A stretch of DNA of 64,000 bases from a bacterium (GCA_021849805.1 JAJZSL010000002.1:560-64559), one strand, 5' to 3'; positions 17,456 through 27,500 are shown, numbered from the stretch's first letter. A program made the numbers and translations. Notes: generated by a model from the letters alone, not told the origin.

Positions 17456-18505
17456 TCACTGATGAGGCAATTCCGTGAGATAACCAAGGATTTCCAGGGC
17501 AACATGGTTTTCAATGAAAAAACGTCGAGCGGCTTCGTATTGATCGGGATGGCCAAGAAGTTCTGCAAGTAAATATCCGAATTTGACCCCTCCTGCATAT
17601 TCGATATCAGCACTGAGAATGTTGATATCAATTTCAAAGAGGCGACTGACTTGAGAAATCAGTGGTTCATTCACCGTCATACCAGTAAAACCGAGTTTTA
17701 CTAAAGGATGACTTCGAGCAAATGGTTGTGAACTGAGGCGTTGTCGATAGTCCTCAGGGATGTTGAGATGAAAAGTAGATTCAATAAAGTCACGAGCTAG
17801 TTCCGTTTTAGCATTTCCAAAGAACCAAGAAAGTGGTCCTTCCTCAATCACATGTCCTTCATTAATAATTGCTACGTTATCACAAATGGCTTTGACAACA
17901 TCCATCTCGTGAGTGATGAGTAAAATCGTAATGCCTAATTGGATATTGATCTCTTTGAGGAGTTTCAGTACGGAGCGTGTGGTTTGAGGATCGAGTGCCG
18001 AGGTCGCCTCATCGCAAAGAAGGATTGTGGGAGCAGTTGCCAGAGCACGAGCAATGGCAACACGTTGTTTCTCGCCTCCTGAGAGCTTTGCTGGGTAAGC
18101 GTGAGCTCGATGACTGAGTCCAACAAGAAGAAGGAGCTCTTGAACTCGAGCATGAATCTTCTCTGGAGAAAGTTTTTCCAGTTCTAGTGGTAAGGCGATA
18201 TTTTGAAAAACAGTTCTCGATGATAAGAGATTGAAATGCTGGAAGATCATTCCCATCTTACGGCGCATGAGACGAAGTTCTCTTTTATTGAGTCGAGTCA
18301 TCTGCTGACCATCAATAACGACTTCTCCTGAAGTAGGTGGTTCCAATAAGTTCACCGTTCGAATCAAGGTACTCTTGCCTGCTCCAGAAGCTCCAATCAC
18401 ACCAAAGATTTTTCCTGACTCCACATGAAGATTCACATCACGCAAGGCGTGCAAGGTTTTCTTTCCTTGACTATAGACTTTATGAATTCTAAGAAGATCA
18501 ATCAT
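17456..18505 (-). CDS. metN: methionine ABC transporter ATP-binding protein
   Basis: Walker [10 protein letters not shown], signature LSGGEKQRV, Walker [13 protein letters not shown], and a C-terminal NIL-type regulatory domain. Confidence 0.9.
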   Translation of the reverse strand: MIDLLRIHKVYSQGKKTLHALRDVNLHVESGKIFGVIGASGAGKSTLIRTVNLLEPPTSGEVVIDGQQMTRLNKRELRLMRRKMGMIFQHFNLLSSRTVFQNIALPLELEKLSPEKIHARVQELLLLVGLSHRAHAYPAKLSGGEKQRVAIARALATAPTILLCDEATSALDPQTTRSVLKLLKEINIQLGITILLITHEMDVVKAICDNVAIINEGHVIEEGPLSWFFGNAKTELARDFIESTFHLNIPEDYRQRLSSQPFARSHPLVKLGFTGMTVNEPLISQVSRLFEIDINILSADIEYAGGVKFGYLLAELLGHPDQYEAARRFFIENHVALEILGYLTELPHQ

Positions 18506-18512
18506 TGAATAT

Positions 18513-19469
18513 TCAGTTGGGTAAACGCGTCCAAAGAATGGTGGTTCCTGGAGCCTGGGGTATTAACATTATTTTTTCTAAAGAAGCGGGAAGAATAAAA
18601 AAAGATCCAGGCTCAAAAACCTCATGCTGACAGAGGAGACGACCGGTTAAGCAAGTGATAATAGCAAAATCATCAAATTTCTGCACTGCTCTGGGTTGTG
18701 TTAAGTCCCATTTTTCTGCATGAAAGGAATGGGAAATGATGGAGCCATTCTTCTGAAGAGAAAAAGTCATTTCTTTCTCAAAATCGAGAGAAGCTAATGC
18801 TTCTTGGAGATGAAGCGGACGCTCTTGTCCAGTAGAATCAAGTCGATTCCAATCAAAAAGACGATAGGTGGTATCACTATTCTCTTGAATTTCAAGAACC
18901 AAGTTTCCTCCACCAAGAGCATGAGGAGATCCACTGGGGATTAAGATAGAGTCACCTTCTTGAGGAAAGAGATGATAAAGTGCTTTCTGTGGCTCTCCTC
19001 TTCTTAAGGCAGCTTGAAAAATTTCACGGGTGATTCCTTTTTTTAAGCCGACGTAGGAAAAAGAATTTGGTTGACTTTTGAGGAAATACCAGAACTCTGT
19101 TTTTAACTCACCACCAAAAGCAAGAGCACTCTGAGCACTAGGATGTACTTGAAGTGATAATGTTTCAGTGGCATCTAAGATTTTACAAAGTAGTGGAAAG
19201 CGTTGGGAGCAATGATGGCGATACTTAGCGCCAAAAATCAATTCCCGCTGCTCCTTCCAGAGTTCATGGAGTGTTTTTCCTTCTAGCGGCCCTTCCTTGA
19301 CAATGCTTTGGGCTTCGGGGCGATCTACAAGAGCCCAAAGCTCTCCAATTTTTTTATTTTCTGGAAGTGGAATTCCAAGCTCTCTCTGGATAGAGCGTCC
19401 TCCCCAAGGTCGCTCCATGAAAAGGGGTTCAAAGGTAAGAAGAGAAGGAGCGCTCATGAGAGAGAACAT
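18513..19469 (-). CDS. manA: class I mannose-6-phosphate isomerase
   Basis: [12 protein letters not shown] near the N-terminus, LSLQVHPS and the cupin motif ..[10 protein letters not shown]... An alternative ATG lies at 19457. Only 7 bp separate it from metN. Confidence 0.8.
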   Translation of the reverse strand: MFSLMSAPSLLTFEPLFMERPWGGRSIQRELGIPLPENKKIGELWALVDRPEAQSIVKEGPLEGKTLHELWKEQRELIFGAKYRHHCSQRFPLLCKILDATETLSLQVHPSAQSALAFGGELKTEFWYFLKSQPNSFSYVGLKKGITREIFQAALRRGEPQKALYHLFPQEGDSILIPSGSPHALGGGNLVLEIQENSDTTYRLFDWNRLDSTGQERPLHLQEALASLDFEKEMTFSLQKNGSIISHSFHAEKWDLTQPRAVQKFDDFAIITCLTGRLLCQHEVFEPGSFFILPASLEKIMLIPQAPGTTILWTRLPN

Positions 19470-19618
19470 TATAGCAGAGGTATTTCCCTGAGGTCAAAAC
19501 AGCAGATTCATCAGTCATCTGCTTGTCTCTTCTCTAAAAAAAGCTGTTTCTTCTTTAGGGTGTTGTATAAAAATTATTTAGTTCTGCTCTCAAGCAGGAA
19601 TCAAATCATCATGCGCTT

Positions 19619-20740
19619 ATGTCTTTACCTATTCCTCCTCTAGGTCCCAATCCCAACACGCTTTCTGGTTCTTCCTTCCATGGTGATCTTCAACGTCTTG
19701 AAGAGGGAAATTATGTTGGGATTTCTGTGGATGATGTCACCGGAAGTGAGCCAAAGCCCTCTTTTCTTGCTGCTTGTTGGCAAAAGCTTCTCCACTCAGT
19801 TTATACTTTTTTTAGCTATGTTTCCTATTTCCTGACTTGCTGTTTTCGATCCGGTTCTTTTAGGGATGTTACTGCAGGTGTCTCTTCCCCAACAGAAGAT
19901 CAGGTGTTAGCAGCCTCTCTCCTGGAGGATTTTGGAAACAAGTGGAGGCTTCTTCGCGAGTATCAAGCCTTTTCTCTAGGAAGAAGAAGATTCTATGAGC
20001 ACCAGCAAGAGTTTTTACTCAGTTATCTTGGGGCTTTGGTGGAAGGAATCGATGATCTTATTATTAATTTAGGTCAAGCTCCGTTGTCTGGACACTCTCT
20101 GGAGGAGAGTAAATCGATTGTTCAAGGAGAAGGAGAAGAAGAGCATGCTCAAGCTAGTCGACTTCTTGAAAATATCCTTGAGCAGGTAGAGCGACTTAAA
20201 AAAAATGCTGACTATAGAGAGTTCGCAGTATCCCTTGAAGATCAAGTAGAGAATAGTAAAAATCTTCCCAGTGGGGCTGTTGAGCTTTCAGTTCAAATGA
20301 TTGTACTAACAATCCGAGAACAATGGCGTCATTTTAACCTTGAGTTAGAAAAAATGGATAGGCTGACTTCAAAGCTCCAGCAGTTGTTCTTTCAAAACAG
20401 CAATTCTTCTCTTGCTCAGACCGCCACAGTAGTCGAGCCTGCAGGAGCAATTGCCAATATTCCTCCTGCTAATATTCAAACTAGCGGAATACAAAGAGAA
20501 GAGCTTCAAGAACTATTCGGACTCCATGATGGTTCATTAGCCCAATTGAGAGAAGAGAGTCAACGTTCTCAAAGAGGTTTTGAAAACAATATGCTTCTGC
20601 TACAAGAGAAAGTTCAAGGACATCTGCGATTCATTAGATCAGAAGTACACAAGATCAAGATGAAAAAACTTCAAGAAGAAAATCAAAGAGCCAATCAAGC
20701 GCGACGAGAGTCCTTGGCACGAGGAGCCGGTCGATTCTAA
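19619..20740 (+). CDS. hypothetical membrane-associated coiled-coil protein (ORFan)
   Basis: Polar N-terminus of ~50 aa, one hydrophobic segment (FLAACWQKLLHSVYTFFSYVSYFLTCCF), then ~290 aa rich in heptad-like E/K/L/Q sequence. Confidence 0.55.
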   Translation: MSLPIPPLGPNPNTLSGSSFHGDLQRLEEGNYVGISVDDVTGSEPKPSFLAACWQKLLHSVYTFFSYVSYFLTCCFRSGSFRDVTAGVSSPTEDQVLAASLLEDFGNKWRLLREYQAFSLGRRRFYEHQQEFLLSYLGALVEGIDDLIINLGQAPLSGHSLEESKSIVQGEGEEEHAQASRLLENILEQVERLKKNADYREFAVSLEDQVENSKNLPSGAVELSVQMIVLTIREQWRHFNLELEKMDRLTSKLQQLFFQNSNSSLAQTATVVEPAGAIANIPPANIQTSGIQREELQELFGLHDGSLAQLREESQRSQRGFENNMLLLQEKVQGHLRFIRSEVHKIKMKKLQEENQRANQARRESLARGAGRF

Positions 20741-20868
20741 GTGATGTTTTTAGCAAAGCTAAGGCTTCTGAACACTCAAGAAGTAGAAGACTATTACTCT
20801 TGTCCAAAATAAAATTAGGTGACGTTGTCTCTTATTTCATAAGTGAGTACTTTCTAAAAAAAGCAGAC

Positions 20869-22050
20869 TTAGAGAGCTTGAGCAGCAGCGTTAGCACTAG
20901 CCCATGCCCACTGGAAGTTGTAACCGCCCAGCCATCCGGTCACATCAACAACTTCTCCAATAAAGAAAAGTCCTCGAAGGGAGCGAGCTTCCATGGTTTT
21001 AGAGAAGAGATCACTGGTAGAAACTCCTCCTGCCGTGACTTCTGCCTTGGGATATCCTTCGGTTCCCAAACATTCTAGTGGCCAGTGATGAAGAAGATGA
21101 AGGATCTTGGCGAACTCTTTTTGGTGATAATGTTTTGCTGATTTTAAAAAACCGTAGCGCTCGCTCCATGTTTCTGCAAAGCGTCTTGGCAAGTAGCGGC
21201 TCAAGAGATTGGGAAAGAGAGCTAAAGAGGAAGCTTCTTTTTTGAGTGACTCCCTCTTTTCTTGTTCTGGTAGAAGATCCACAAGAAGTTTCTTCGCTGG
21301 CTTCCAGTAGGAGGAAATTTGCAAAATAGCTGGACCACTAACACCACGATGAGTAAAGAGGAGGGCTTCTTCAAAGCGGACACCTTCTTCTGAGAGTGCC
21401 ACAGGAAAGGAAATTCCTGCAAGATTTTTAAAGAAAGAGCTCTCGCAGGCAGGTAGTGTTAAGGGAACAAGAGCGGGACGCAGAGGAGTGATGCGCATTC
21501 CAAATTGTTGAGCAATCCGATAGCCAAGGTCACTAGCTCCTAGCTTAGCAAAGGAGAGGCCTCCTGTTGCAATAACGAGAGCCTCTGTGCTGAAATTTCC
21601 TTGAGAAGTCGTCACCTGGAAACGATCTGTTTTAGTAACGTTGTGAATATGGCAAGAGGTCATGATCTCTACCCGATGAGTGCGACATTCCGTCAGGAGC
21701 ATCTCAATAATGACTCGTGAGCTCGTAGAGCAAAATAGTTGACCTAGTTTTTTTTCGTAATAGGTAATTCTATGCTCTTGGAGCAATTGAAGAAAGTCCC
21801 AGGGAGAGTAGCCTGCTAGTGCTGACTGGCAAAAAGAAGGATTCTCTGAGAGGTAGTTCTCAGCAGAAGCATGAATATTGGTGAAGTTACAGCGACCACC
21901 ACCTGATATTTCTATTTTTTTTCCTAATCGCTCCTGATGCTCGATTAAGGCAACGCGACGTCCTCGTGCTGCAGCTCTAAAAGCGCAGAACATCCCTGCA
22001 GCTCCTCCTCCCAGAATGAGGACATCGAAGTGGCGTGGAGAAGAGAGCAT
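20869..22050 (-). CDS. HI0933/YhiN-family FAD-dependent oxidoreductase
   Basis: N-terminal Rossmann motif FDVLILGGGAAGMF, ..GGGRCNFTN.. and the C-terminal ..GEVVDVTGWLGGYNFQWAW.. typical of this family. Confidence 0.8.
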   Translation of the reverse strand: MLSSPRHFDVLILGGGAAGMFCAFRAAARGRRVALIEHQERLGKKIEISGGGRCNFTNIHASAENYLSENPSFCQSALAGYSPWDFLQLLQEHRITYYEKKLGQLFCSTSSRVIIEMLLTECRTHRVEIMTSCHIHNVTKTDRFQVTTSQGNFSTEALVIATGGLSFAKLGASDLGYRIAQQFGMRITPLRPALVPLTLPACESSFFKNLAGISFPVALSEEGVRFEEALLFTHRGVSGPAILQISSYWKPAKKLLVDLLPEQEKRESLKKEASSLALFPNLLSRYLPRRFAETWSERYGFLKSAKHYHQKEFAKILHLLHHWPLECLGTEGYPKAEVTAGGVSTSDLFSKTMEARSLRGLFFIGEVVDVTGWLGGYNFQWAWASANAAAQAL

Positions 22051-22129
22051 GAGGATCTGGGGGGGCTAAACTGTGGAGAAAAAAATTACCATAGTGACGT
22101 TCTCTTTGAAACCAGATACGTTTGCGTTC

Positions 22130-23650
22130 ATGGAAAAACGTACTTTTAAGGCTCTTGGAGTCTCGCAAGAAATTATTAATGCTGTTGCTGAGCTTGGATT
22201 TGAAGAAGCTTCTCCGATTCAAACAGCAGCAATTCCCATCCTCCTCTCGGGAGTTGATGTGGTTGGTCAATCTCAAACTGGGTCAGGAAAGACAGCTGCT
22301 TATGCTATTCCAGCTATTGAAAAAATTGATCCCAATATCAAGGAGGTACAAGTGCTCATTTTGTGTCCTACACGTGAACTTGCTACCCAGGTAGCTGATG
22401 AAGTCTACAAACTCACAGCTTTTAAGCGTTCGATTCACTGTGTTCCCATTTATGGAGGAGCTTCTTATGAACGCCAATTATTTGAATTGAAGAAAGGTGT
22501 TCAAATTGTTATCGGAACACCTGGTCGTCTCCTTGACCACTTGGAGCGAGGGACGCTGAAACTTCATCAGCTCAAGATGGTAGTTCTTGATGAAGCTGAT
22601 CGTATGTTGGATATGGGATTTAGAGAGGATATACAGCGGATTTTGGAGAGTACGCCTCAAGAACATCAGACAGTCTTCTTCTCAGCTACGCTCTCAAAGC
22701 CCATTCGTGATTTAATTCATCGTTTTTCAAGAGATCCTCAGATGGTTAAAATCGAGCAGAAGGAACTCACCGTTCCCACTGTAGAGCAATGGTTCTATGA
22801 GGTCCAACCTCGCATGAAAATAGAAGCTTTCATTCGCCTCATTGATTTTCATGGATATAAACTTGGAATTATTTTCTGCAATACTCAACGTATGGTCGAT
22901 GAGCTTGCTGACGCTCTTCTTGCTCAAGGTTTCTCAACCGATCGTTTGCATGGAGGCATTGCTCAAGCACAACGCACACGGGTAATGAACAAGTTTAAAA
23001 ACTCGGAGTTTGAATTTCTAGTTGCAACAGATGTTGCTGGACGCGGTATCGATATTGATAACCTGGAACTCGTGGTTAACTATGATTTGCCTTATGATCC
23101 AGAGGATTATGTTCATCGTATTGGACGTACTGGGCGTGCTGGAAAAAAAGGAATGGCGATGACCTTTGTCAGCGGTCGTGATATTTATAAACTCCAGTTT
23201 ATTGAGCGCTACACCAAGACAAAGATTCAACGTGGGACGATTCCAACAGCTCTAGAGGTCGAAGGTAAGCGAGTGGAGTCTCTCTATCATCAACTTCTCA
23301 AAACACTCGATACTGGTCTTTTCAAAAAGCACGATCTCCTTATTGATCGTCTTCTAGAAGCTGGTTATCACTCTACCGATATTTCCTCTGCTCTCTTCTC
23401 TCTTTTGCTTGGTCCCTCTTCTGAGGCTTCTGTAGGCCAAGAGAAGCTAGCTTCCTTTCAAGAGAGTTCTCCTTCACGAAGAGATCAGGAGCAGAAGAAG
23501 AGTAGAAAAAACTTTAAGAACAGAGAGTCGTATCGTCGCACTGATTACCAGAAAGAGCACTCTAGTTCTCGAAGAGATCGTCATCATGAGCCCTTCTTCT
23601 CTAAAAAATCAACGAAGCGTCCAACTCGAAAGTATACTAGAGCATCATAA
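22130..23650 (+). CDS. DEAD-box ATP-dependent RNA helicase with a basic C-terminal tail
   Basis: Q motif ..FEEASPIQ, motif I SQTGSGKT, motif II VLDEADRM, SAT, and HRIGRTGRAG. Start moved to the ATG at 22130; the track start at 22073 is GTG. Confidence 0.9.
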   Translation: MEKRTFKALGVSQEIINAVAELGFEEASPIQTAAIPILLSGVDVVGQSQTGSGKTAAYAIPAIEKIDPNIKEVQVLILCPTRELATQVADEVYKLTAFKRSIHCVPIYGGASYERQLFELKKGVQIVIGTPGRLLDHLERGTLKLHQLKMVVLDEADRMLDMGFREDIQRILESTPQEHQTVFFSATLSKPIRDLIHRFSRDPQMVKIEQKELTVPTVEQWFYEVQPRMKIEAFIRLIDFHGYKLGIIFCNTQRMVDELADALLAQGFSTDRLHGGIAQAQRTRVMNKFKNSEFEFLVATDVAGRGIDIDNLELVVNYDLPYDPEDYVHRIGRTGRAGKKGMAMTFVSGRDIYKLQFIERYTKTKIQRGTIPTALEVEGKRVESLYHQLLKTLDTGLFKKHDLLIDRLLEAGYHSTDISSALFSLLLGPSSEASVGQEKLASFQESSPSRRDQEQKKSRKNFKNRESYRRTDYQKEHSSSRRDRHHEPFFSKKSTKRPTRKYTRAS

Positions 23651-23728
23651 GATGTTCTTCAGCTTGCTTAAGTTTGACGGTGTCGTCTTTTTCTAATGCT
23701 TATTTTGTATGGAAATCTGGCTAGAAGT

Positions 23729-23893
23729 TATAGTCAAATTACTTGGAAATTGCAGGAAATGGACTTGATCTTATTTAAAAAATGGAGCGTTCTCATCCCA
23801 TCACCTTATCGTTGAGATAGCGCTCGGTCTTCGGCCTTACCTTTTTTCAAAATCTCTGCACTCTTTTCTGTCATTTCTAAGTAATTTGACTAT
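23729..23893 (-). mobile_element. Family B MITE-like element, copy B2 (inverted relative to B1/B3)
   Basis: This is the reverse complement of B1 across its whole length. The right TIR overlaps the 3' end of ispD. Confidence 0.85.
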
Positions 23894-24581
23894 TTAACAA
23901 CTTTTCGGCAGTCCAGAGGTCTTCTTGGTAAGTGACTTTTAAATTTGGTTCATGATTTTCAAGAAGTAGTGTTTTTATTCCATGAACTAGTAGTGAGGAA
24001 GCTTCATCACTAGGTTCCTTTGGAGTCAAGGAAGGGGAGTCGATGATACGCTTTAAGTCGGTGCTTCGGAACACTTGTGGTGTTTGTATCGACCAGAGAG
24101 ATCGACGATCCAGCGTTTGCTCAGTCCATCCATCTTGATCAACACGATGAAGTGTTTCTATCACTGGTCTGCCTAAGGCAGCTGCACCAAAGTGATGAGC
24201 AGCGGAGCAAACATGATTGATTTTTTCAGGAGTAATGAGGGGACGGGCAGCATCATGAATAGCAACAAATTCCACTGACTCATCAAGTGCTCTGAGGCCA
24301 GCACAAACCGACTCATGCCGTGTTCTTCCTCCAGGAACAAATTGGATAGCTCTTCCTAGCATCTCTAGGTTTGAAGAAGCTACTATGGCGCGAAAGATTT
24401 TTTCTTCGGAGTGAGGGACAACAAGAAGAATCGAGTAGACCAAGGGAGTCCTTGCAAAAGCTTCTAGACTGTAAGTAAAGAGAGGGCGGCGGTGAAGAGG
24501 TGCTAATAATTTATGACCACCAAAGCGATGACTTGATCCTGCAGCAAGAAGAAGAGCTACTGTTTTTGGAGAAGAAGTCAT
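23877..24581 (-). CDS. ispD: 2-C-methyl-D-erythritol 4-phosphate cytidylyltransferase
   Basis: VALLLAAGSSHRFG P-loop-like motif with IspD-type core motifs. Start moved to the ATG at 24581. The last 5 codons and the stop lie inside the B2 TIR. Confidence 0.85.
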   Translation of the reverse strand: MTSSPKTVALLLAAGSSHRFGGHKLLAPLHRRPLFTYSLEAFARTPLVYSILLVVPHSEEKIFRAIVASSNLEMLGRAIQFVPGGRTRHESVCAGLRALDESVEFVAIHDAARPLITPEKINHVCSAAHHFGAAALGRPVIETLHRVDQDGWTEQTLDRRSLWSIQTPQVFRSTDLKRIIDSPSLTPKEPSDEASSLLVHGIKTLLLENHEPNLKVTYQEDLWTAEKLLNSQIT

Positions 24582-24629
24582 TGTTGAGAACTTACTAAAA
24601 GTGACTCTTAGCAATGATAGAGAAACTTT

Positions 24630-25517
24630 TCAATTTCTCCTGCTAGCAAATCGCTCAGCAGCCATGACCGTATTCTGCATGAGCATCGCAATGGTCATGG
24701 GTCCTACGCCTCCAGGAACAGGCGTGATGGCATGGCATTTGGAGGCGAGAGCAGAAAAATCAACATCTCCAACAAGTCGATAACCAGAGGGGGTCGATCT
24801 ATCCACAAGACGATTGATGCCGACATCAATAACAGTAGTTCCTGGAGAAATATGCTCAGCACCAAGAGCATGAGGGCGACCTAGTGCAGCAATGAGAATA
24901 TCAGCACGGCGTGTTATAGAAGCTAAATCCGGGGTTTGCGAATGAGCAATAGTGACAGTAGCATCACCTCCTAGGCCTTTTTGAAGAAGAAGAAGAGCCA
25001 TTGGTTTTCCAACAATAAGACTACGACCAACAACAACAACATGAGCTCCGCGTGTGGAGATGCCGTAAGCATGAAGAAGATAACGACATCCCAGTGGGGT
25101 GCATGGAATAAAGCCACTGGAGTCCTCCATGACTAATTTTGCAACGTTGAGTGGGTGAAACCCATCCACATCTTTTCTAGGATCGATAGCCAGCGTCACC
25201 TCTTTTTCTTGAATGTGCTTGGGGGGAGGTGATTGAAGAAGAATGCCATGAATATTTGGATCCTTGTTGAGTTGCTCGATGATACGCAGTAGCTCTTGTT
25301 GGGTTGTTGCTGTAGGTAATTCCAACTTGCGTGAATGCATTCCCAGGCGTGAGCAGGTTTGATCCTTACTGCGAACATAGGCTTGGGAAGCAGGATGCTC
25401 CCCAACTAAAATGACAGCAAGACCTGGAGTCATGCCTTGTTGCTTTAAGAGGGCAATGCGATTTTTGGTTTCTACTTCGAGAAGAGCAGCTGTTTTTTTT
25501 CCATCAAGCAGGATCAT
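24630..25517 (-). CDS. folD: bifunctional methylenetetrahydrofolate dehydrogenase/cyclohydrolase
   Basis: 295 aa with ..[16 protein letters not shown].., ..GFHP.N.. and ..[12 protein letters not shown]...PGGVGPMT. Confidence 0.95.
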   Translation of the reverse strand: MILLDGKKTAALLEVETKNRIALLKQQGMTPGLAVILVGEHPASQAYVRSKDQTCSRLGMHSRKLELPTATTQQELLRIIEQLNKDPNIHGILLQSPPPKHIQEKEVTLAIDPRKDVDGFHPLNVAKLVMEDSSGFIPCTPLGCRYLLHAYGISTRGAHVVVVGRSLIVGKPMALLLLQKGLGGDATVTIAHSQTPDLASITRRADILIAALGRPHALGAEHISPGTTVIDVGINRLVDRSTPSGYRLVGDVDFSALASKCHAITPVPGGVGPMTIAMLMQNTVMAAERFASRRN

Positions 25518-26164
25518 AGGTCAAGGGCTTCTTTTTTTAAGAGTTCTTCGAGCTTTTGACGCTCTGGTTCTAAATTACTAAGGGAGGGATCAATGCTCCA
25601 ATAAGAATCAAGCACAATATCAACACGAGAAAAAGGAAGAGGAATTGGAAAGGAATCCCATGTCTTCAACCGCATGGCATGATGGTAGTGAGCATGAAGT
25701 GGTAAAATAGGTAAGGAAGTTTTTTGTGCTAAGAAAATCACTCCTGGTCCTAGAGAATATTTGGGGCCGCGTGGACCATCAGGAGTAATGGCTAGATCAT
25801 ATCCTTCTTCTAGTTTGAGCGTTAGTTCGCGTAGTGCTAAGAATCCACGGCGTGAACTCGAACCTCGTACAGAGCCCATCCCAAGCCTAGCCATCACCCT
25901 GGCAAGTATCTCGCCATCTTTGCTAGGGCTGGTCAGTACAACAACTCCCCGACGTTGGTGATGGTGATATTTCCTTAAGAATCCCAGAGCAATGGCAGGA
26001 ATACGATTGTGCCAGAAGGTCATAATTACTGGTCCAGATGGTGGTGATGAGAGAAATCCAGCACGATCAAGAACTCGTAGCCGGAGTGTTCTAAAGAGAA
26101 GACGAGCGATGAGTGTAGCAAGAGAAGCAAAAAAATATTCTCGAGGGAATGCTCTCTTCAACAT
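25514..26164 (-). CDS. DUF374-type lysophospholipid acyltransferase-like protein
   Basis: The pattern ..FWHNRI..SPSKDGE..ARV...G...VRGSS.RRG..AL..L......[10 protein letters not shown] is typical of DUF374. Start moved to the ATG at 26164; the stop overlaps the folD start by 4 bp. Confidence 0.7.
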   Translation of the reverse strand: MLKRAFPREYFFASLATLIARLLFRTLRLRVLDRAGFLSSPPSGPVIMTFWHNRIPAIALGFLRKYHHHQRRGVVVLTSPSKDGEILARVMARLGMGSVRGSSSRRGFLALRELTLKLEEGYDLAITPDGPRGPKYSLGPGVIFLAQKTSLPILPLHAHYHHAMRLKTWDSFPIPLPFSRVDIVLDSYWSIDPSLSNLEPERQKLEELLKKEALDL

Positions 26165-26211
26165 AAAGTTTGATACGCCACGCAACGCTCCTCAACAATC
26201 ATCAGTAGCGA

Positions 26212-26790
26212 TTATTCTTTCTCAACACGCTGAAGCGTAGGAAGAGGTTCTCTCCAGCGATATGCTTCTGGCAAATAAATGCCCAGCTGATCGAGAACTC
26301 GAAAAACAACGGTGTCAACCAAGGCTTCTACTGTTTGAGGTTTGCTATAAAAAGAGGGAATAGCTGGGAGCAGGATGGCTCCTGATTCAATGGCAGTGAC
26401 GCTATTGCGAGCATGGATGAGGTTCCAGGGAGTTTCACGAAGGACGAGGATGAGCTTTCGTCTCTCTTTGAGGAAAACATCTGCTGCTCTCAAAATCAGC
26501 GAATCACTAGTTCCTGCGCTAAGACGTCCTACAGTAGCCATGGTGCAGGGAATAATTACCATGGCATCAAAAAGAGCTGAACCGCTTGCAAAGGGAGCAC
26601 TCATCGAGTTCTCTTGATATTGATAAGTTCCTTCAGGGATCTTCAAGGCGCCGATTTCTTGAGCAATAACTTGTTTGGCATAAGTGCTGAGCACAAGATG
26701 GAGCTCATGCCCCTTTCCTTCTAAATAGTTAAGAAGACGTTGAAGATAGAGAGCCCCAGAGGCTCCTGTTCCTGCAATGAGTAAACGCAT
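26212..26790 (-). CDS. ubiX: flavin prenyltransferase UbiX
   Basis: MRLLIAGTGASGALY.., ..MVIIPCTMATVG.. and ..RETPWNLIHARN.. are UbiX/Pad1 hallmarks. Confidence 0.9.
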   Translation of the reverse strand: MRLLIAGTGASGALYLQRLLNYLEGKGHELHLVLSTYAKQVIAQEIGALKIPEGTYQYQENSMSAPFASGSALFDAMVIIPCTMATVGRLSAGTSDSLILRAADVFLKERRKLILVLRETPWNLIHARNSVTAIESGAILLPAIPSFYSKPQTVEALVDTVVFRVLDQLGIYLPEAYRWREPLPTLQRVEKE

Positions 26791-27124
26791 TTTCTGAGAT
26801 TAGAACATCATGATCTTCTGGTAAAGGGGATATCATCACTCGTTGGTGAAATGGAGAGAGTAGGCCCAGTACAATCGAGGCGAACTTTTATTTTTAACTT
26901 TTATCTCTAAGTTCACTTTCATTAAAAATTTCACTGCTCTCCAAAATAACAGCGATCAATAGAAGGGCACGAGAGCATTTTCATTGAAGTTGTCGCCACT
27001 GTAGTACCAGCAACGAGGAGCACAAGCCCCATACGCAGACCAGCCGTTTATTCTTCTCCTCGAGGGCTCGAGCACCAACGTGACGCCACAATACACGGCT
27101 AGAACGTTCGTGAAAATGCTCTAG

Positions 27125-27282
27125 CTCCATTTCCAGACTTCACGACCTCTCACTACGTCCTTCCCGTTCTCCTTTCGTTACTCTCGCCTCTTTTTCGTCA
27201 TTCCCGCGAAGGCGGTAATGACGAAAAGGGAGCGGGAAGGATAAAAGGAAGCAACAACAACAGAGAAGAGAGCGGGAAGGAC
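27125..27282. repeat. Solo family A hairpin (27196-27223) with a pyrimidine-rich left arm and a purine-rich right arm, forming an extended imperfect palindrome
   Basis: cgtcattcccgcgaaggcggtaatgacg is a near-perfect palindrome. The left arm is ..cgtccttcccgttctcctttcgttactctcgcctcttttt. The right arm aaaagggagcgggaaggataaaaggaag.. is its approximate reverse complement. Confidence 0.75.
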
Positions 27283-27410
27283 ACTGTGTGAAATTGGTAG
27301 AAAGACTAAAGAAGATATTTCTGCTTTTAAAGATATCTCTGCTTTTTGAAAAAGGGCTCACCAAGGACGTAAGGAGAAAGGTCCTCCAATTTTATTTTGG
27401 AGAAGAGTCG
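27283..27410 (+). repeat. Family A tail module, copy T4
   Basis: cactgtgtgaaattggta...gggctcaccaaggacgtaaggagaaaggtcctccaattttattttggagaagagtcgtg aligns with T2 and T5. It contains an internal duplication of agatatTtctgctttt. Confidence 0.7.
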
Positions 27411-27463
27411 TGTTAAATTTCTTTTCTCTTTCTCTAAAATACTCTGTTAAACTAGTGAGTGAT

Positions 27464-27500
27464 TCGTAGATAGCGCTTTGATCTTCGGCCTTCTCTTAAG
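27464..27500 (-). repeat. Relic of the family B core without TIRs
   Basis: tcgtagatagcgctttgatcttcggccttctcttaagc versus B2 tcgttgagatagcgctcggtcttcggccttaccttttttc. About 30 of 36 positions match by my count. Confidence 0.55.

Noticed and set aside
26971-27121. Complementary 12-mers (gagcattttca / tgaaaatgctc) bracketing ~140 nt, suggesting a structured ncRNA such as 6S or SRP RNA.
   Set aside because: The interior resembles a degenerate family A core, and I saw no SRP, 6S or tmRNA consensus. It is kept only as part of the spacer finding, and a cmscan would settle it.
27366-27390. A gaggaaaggtcc / ggagaaaggtcctcc string resembling the RNase P RNA GAGGAAAGUCC motif; it also occurs at 49668.
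   Set aside because: It occurs inside the repeated tail module at several loci, and none of the other conserved RNase P regions is present nearby.
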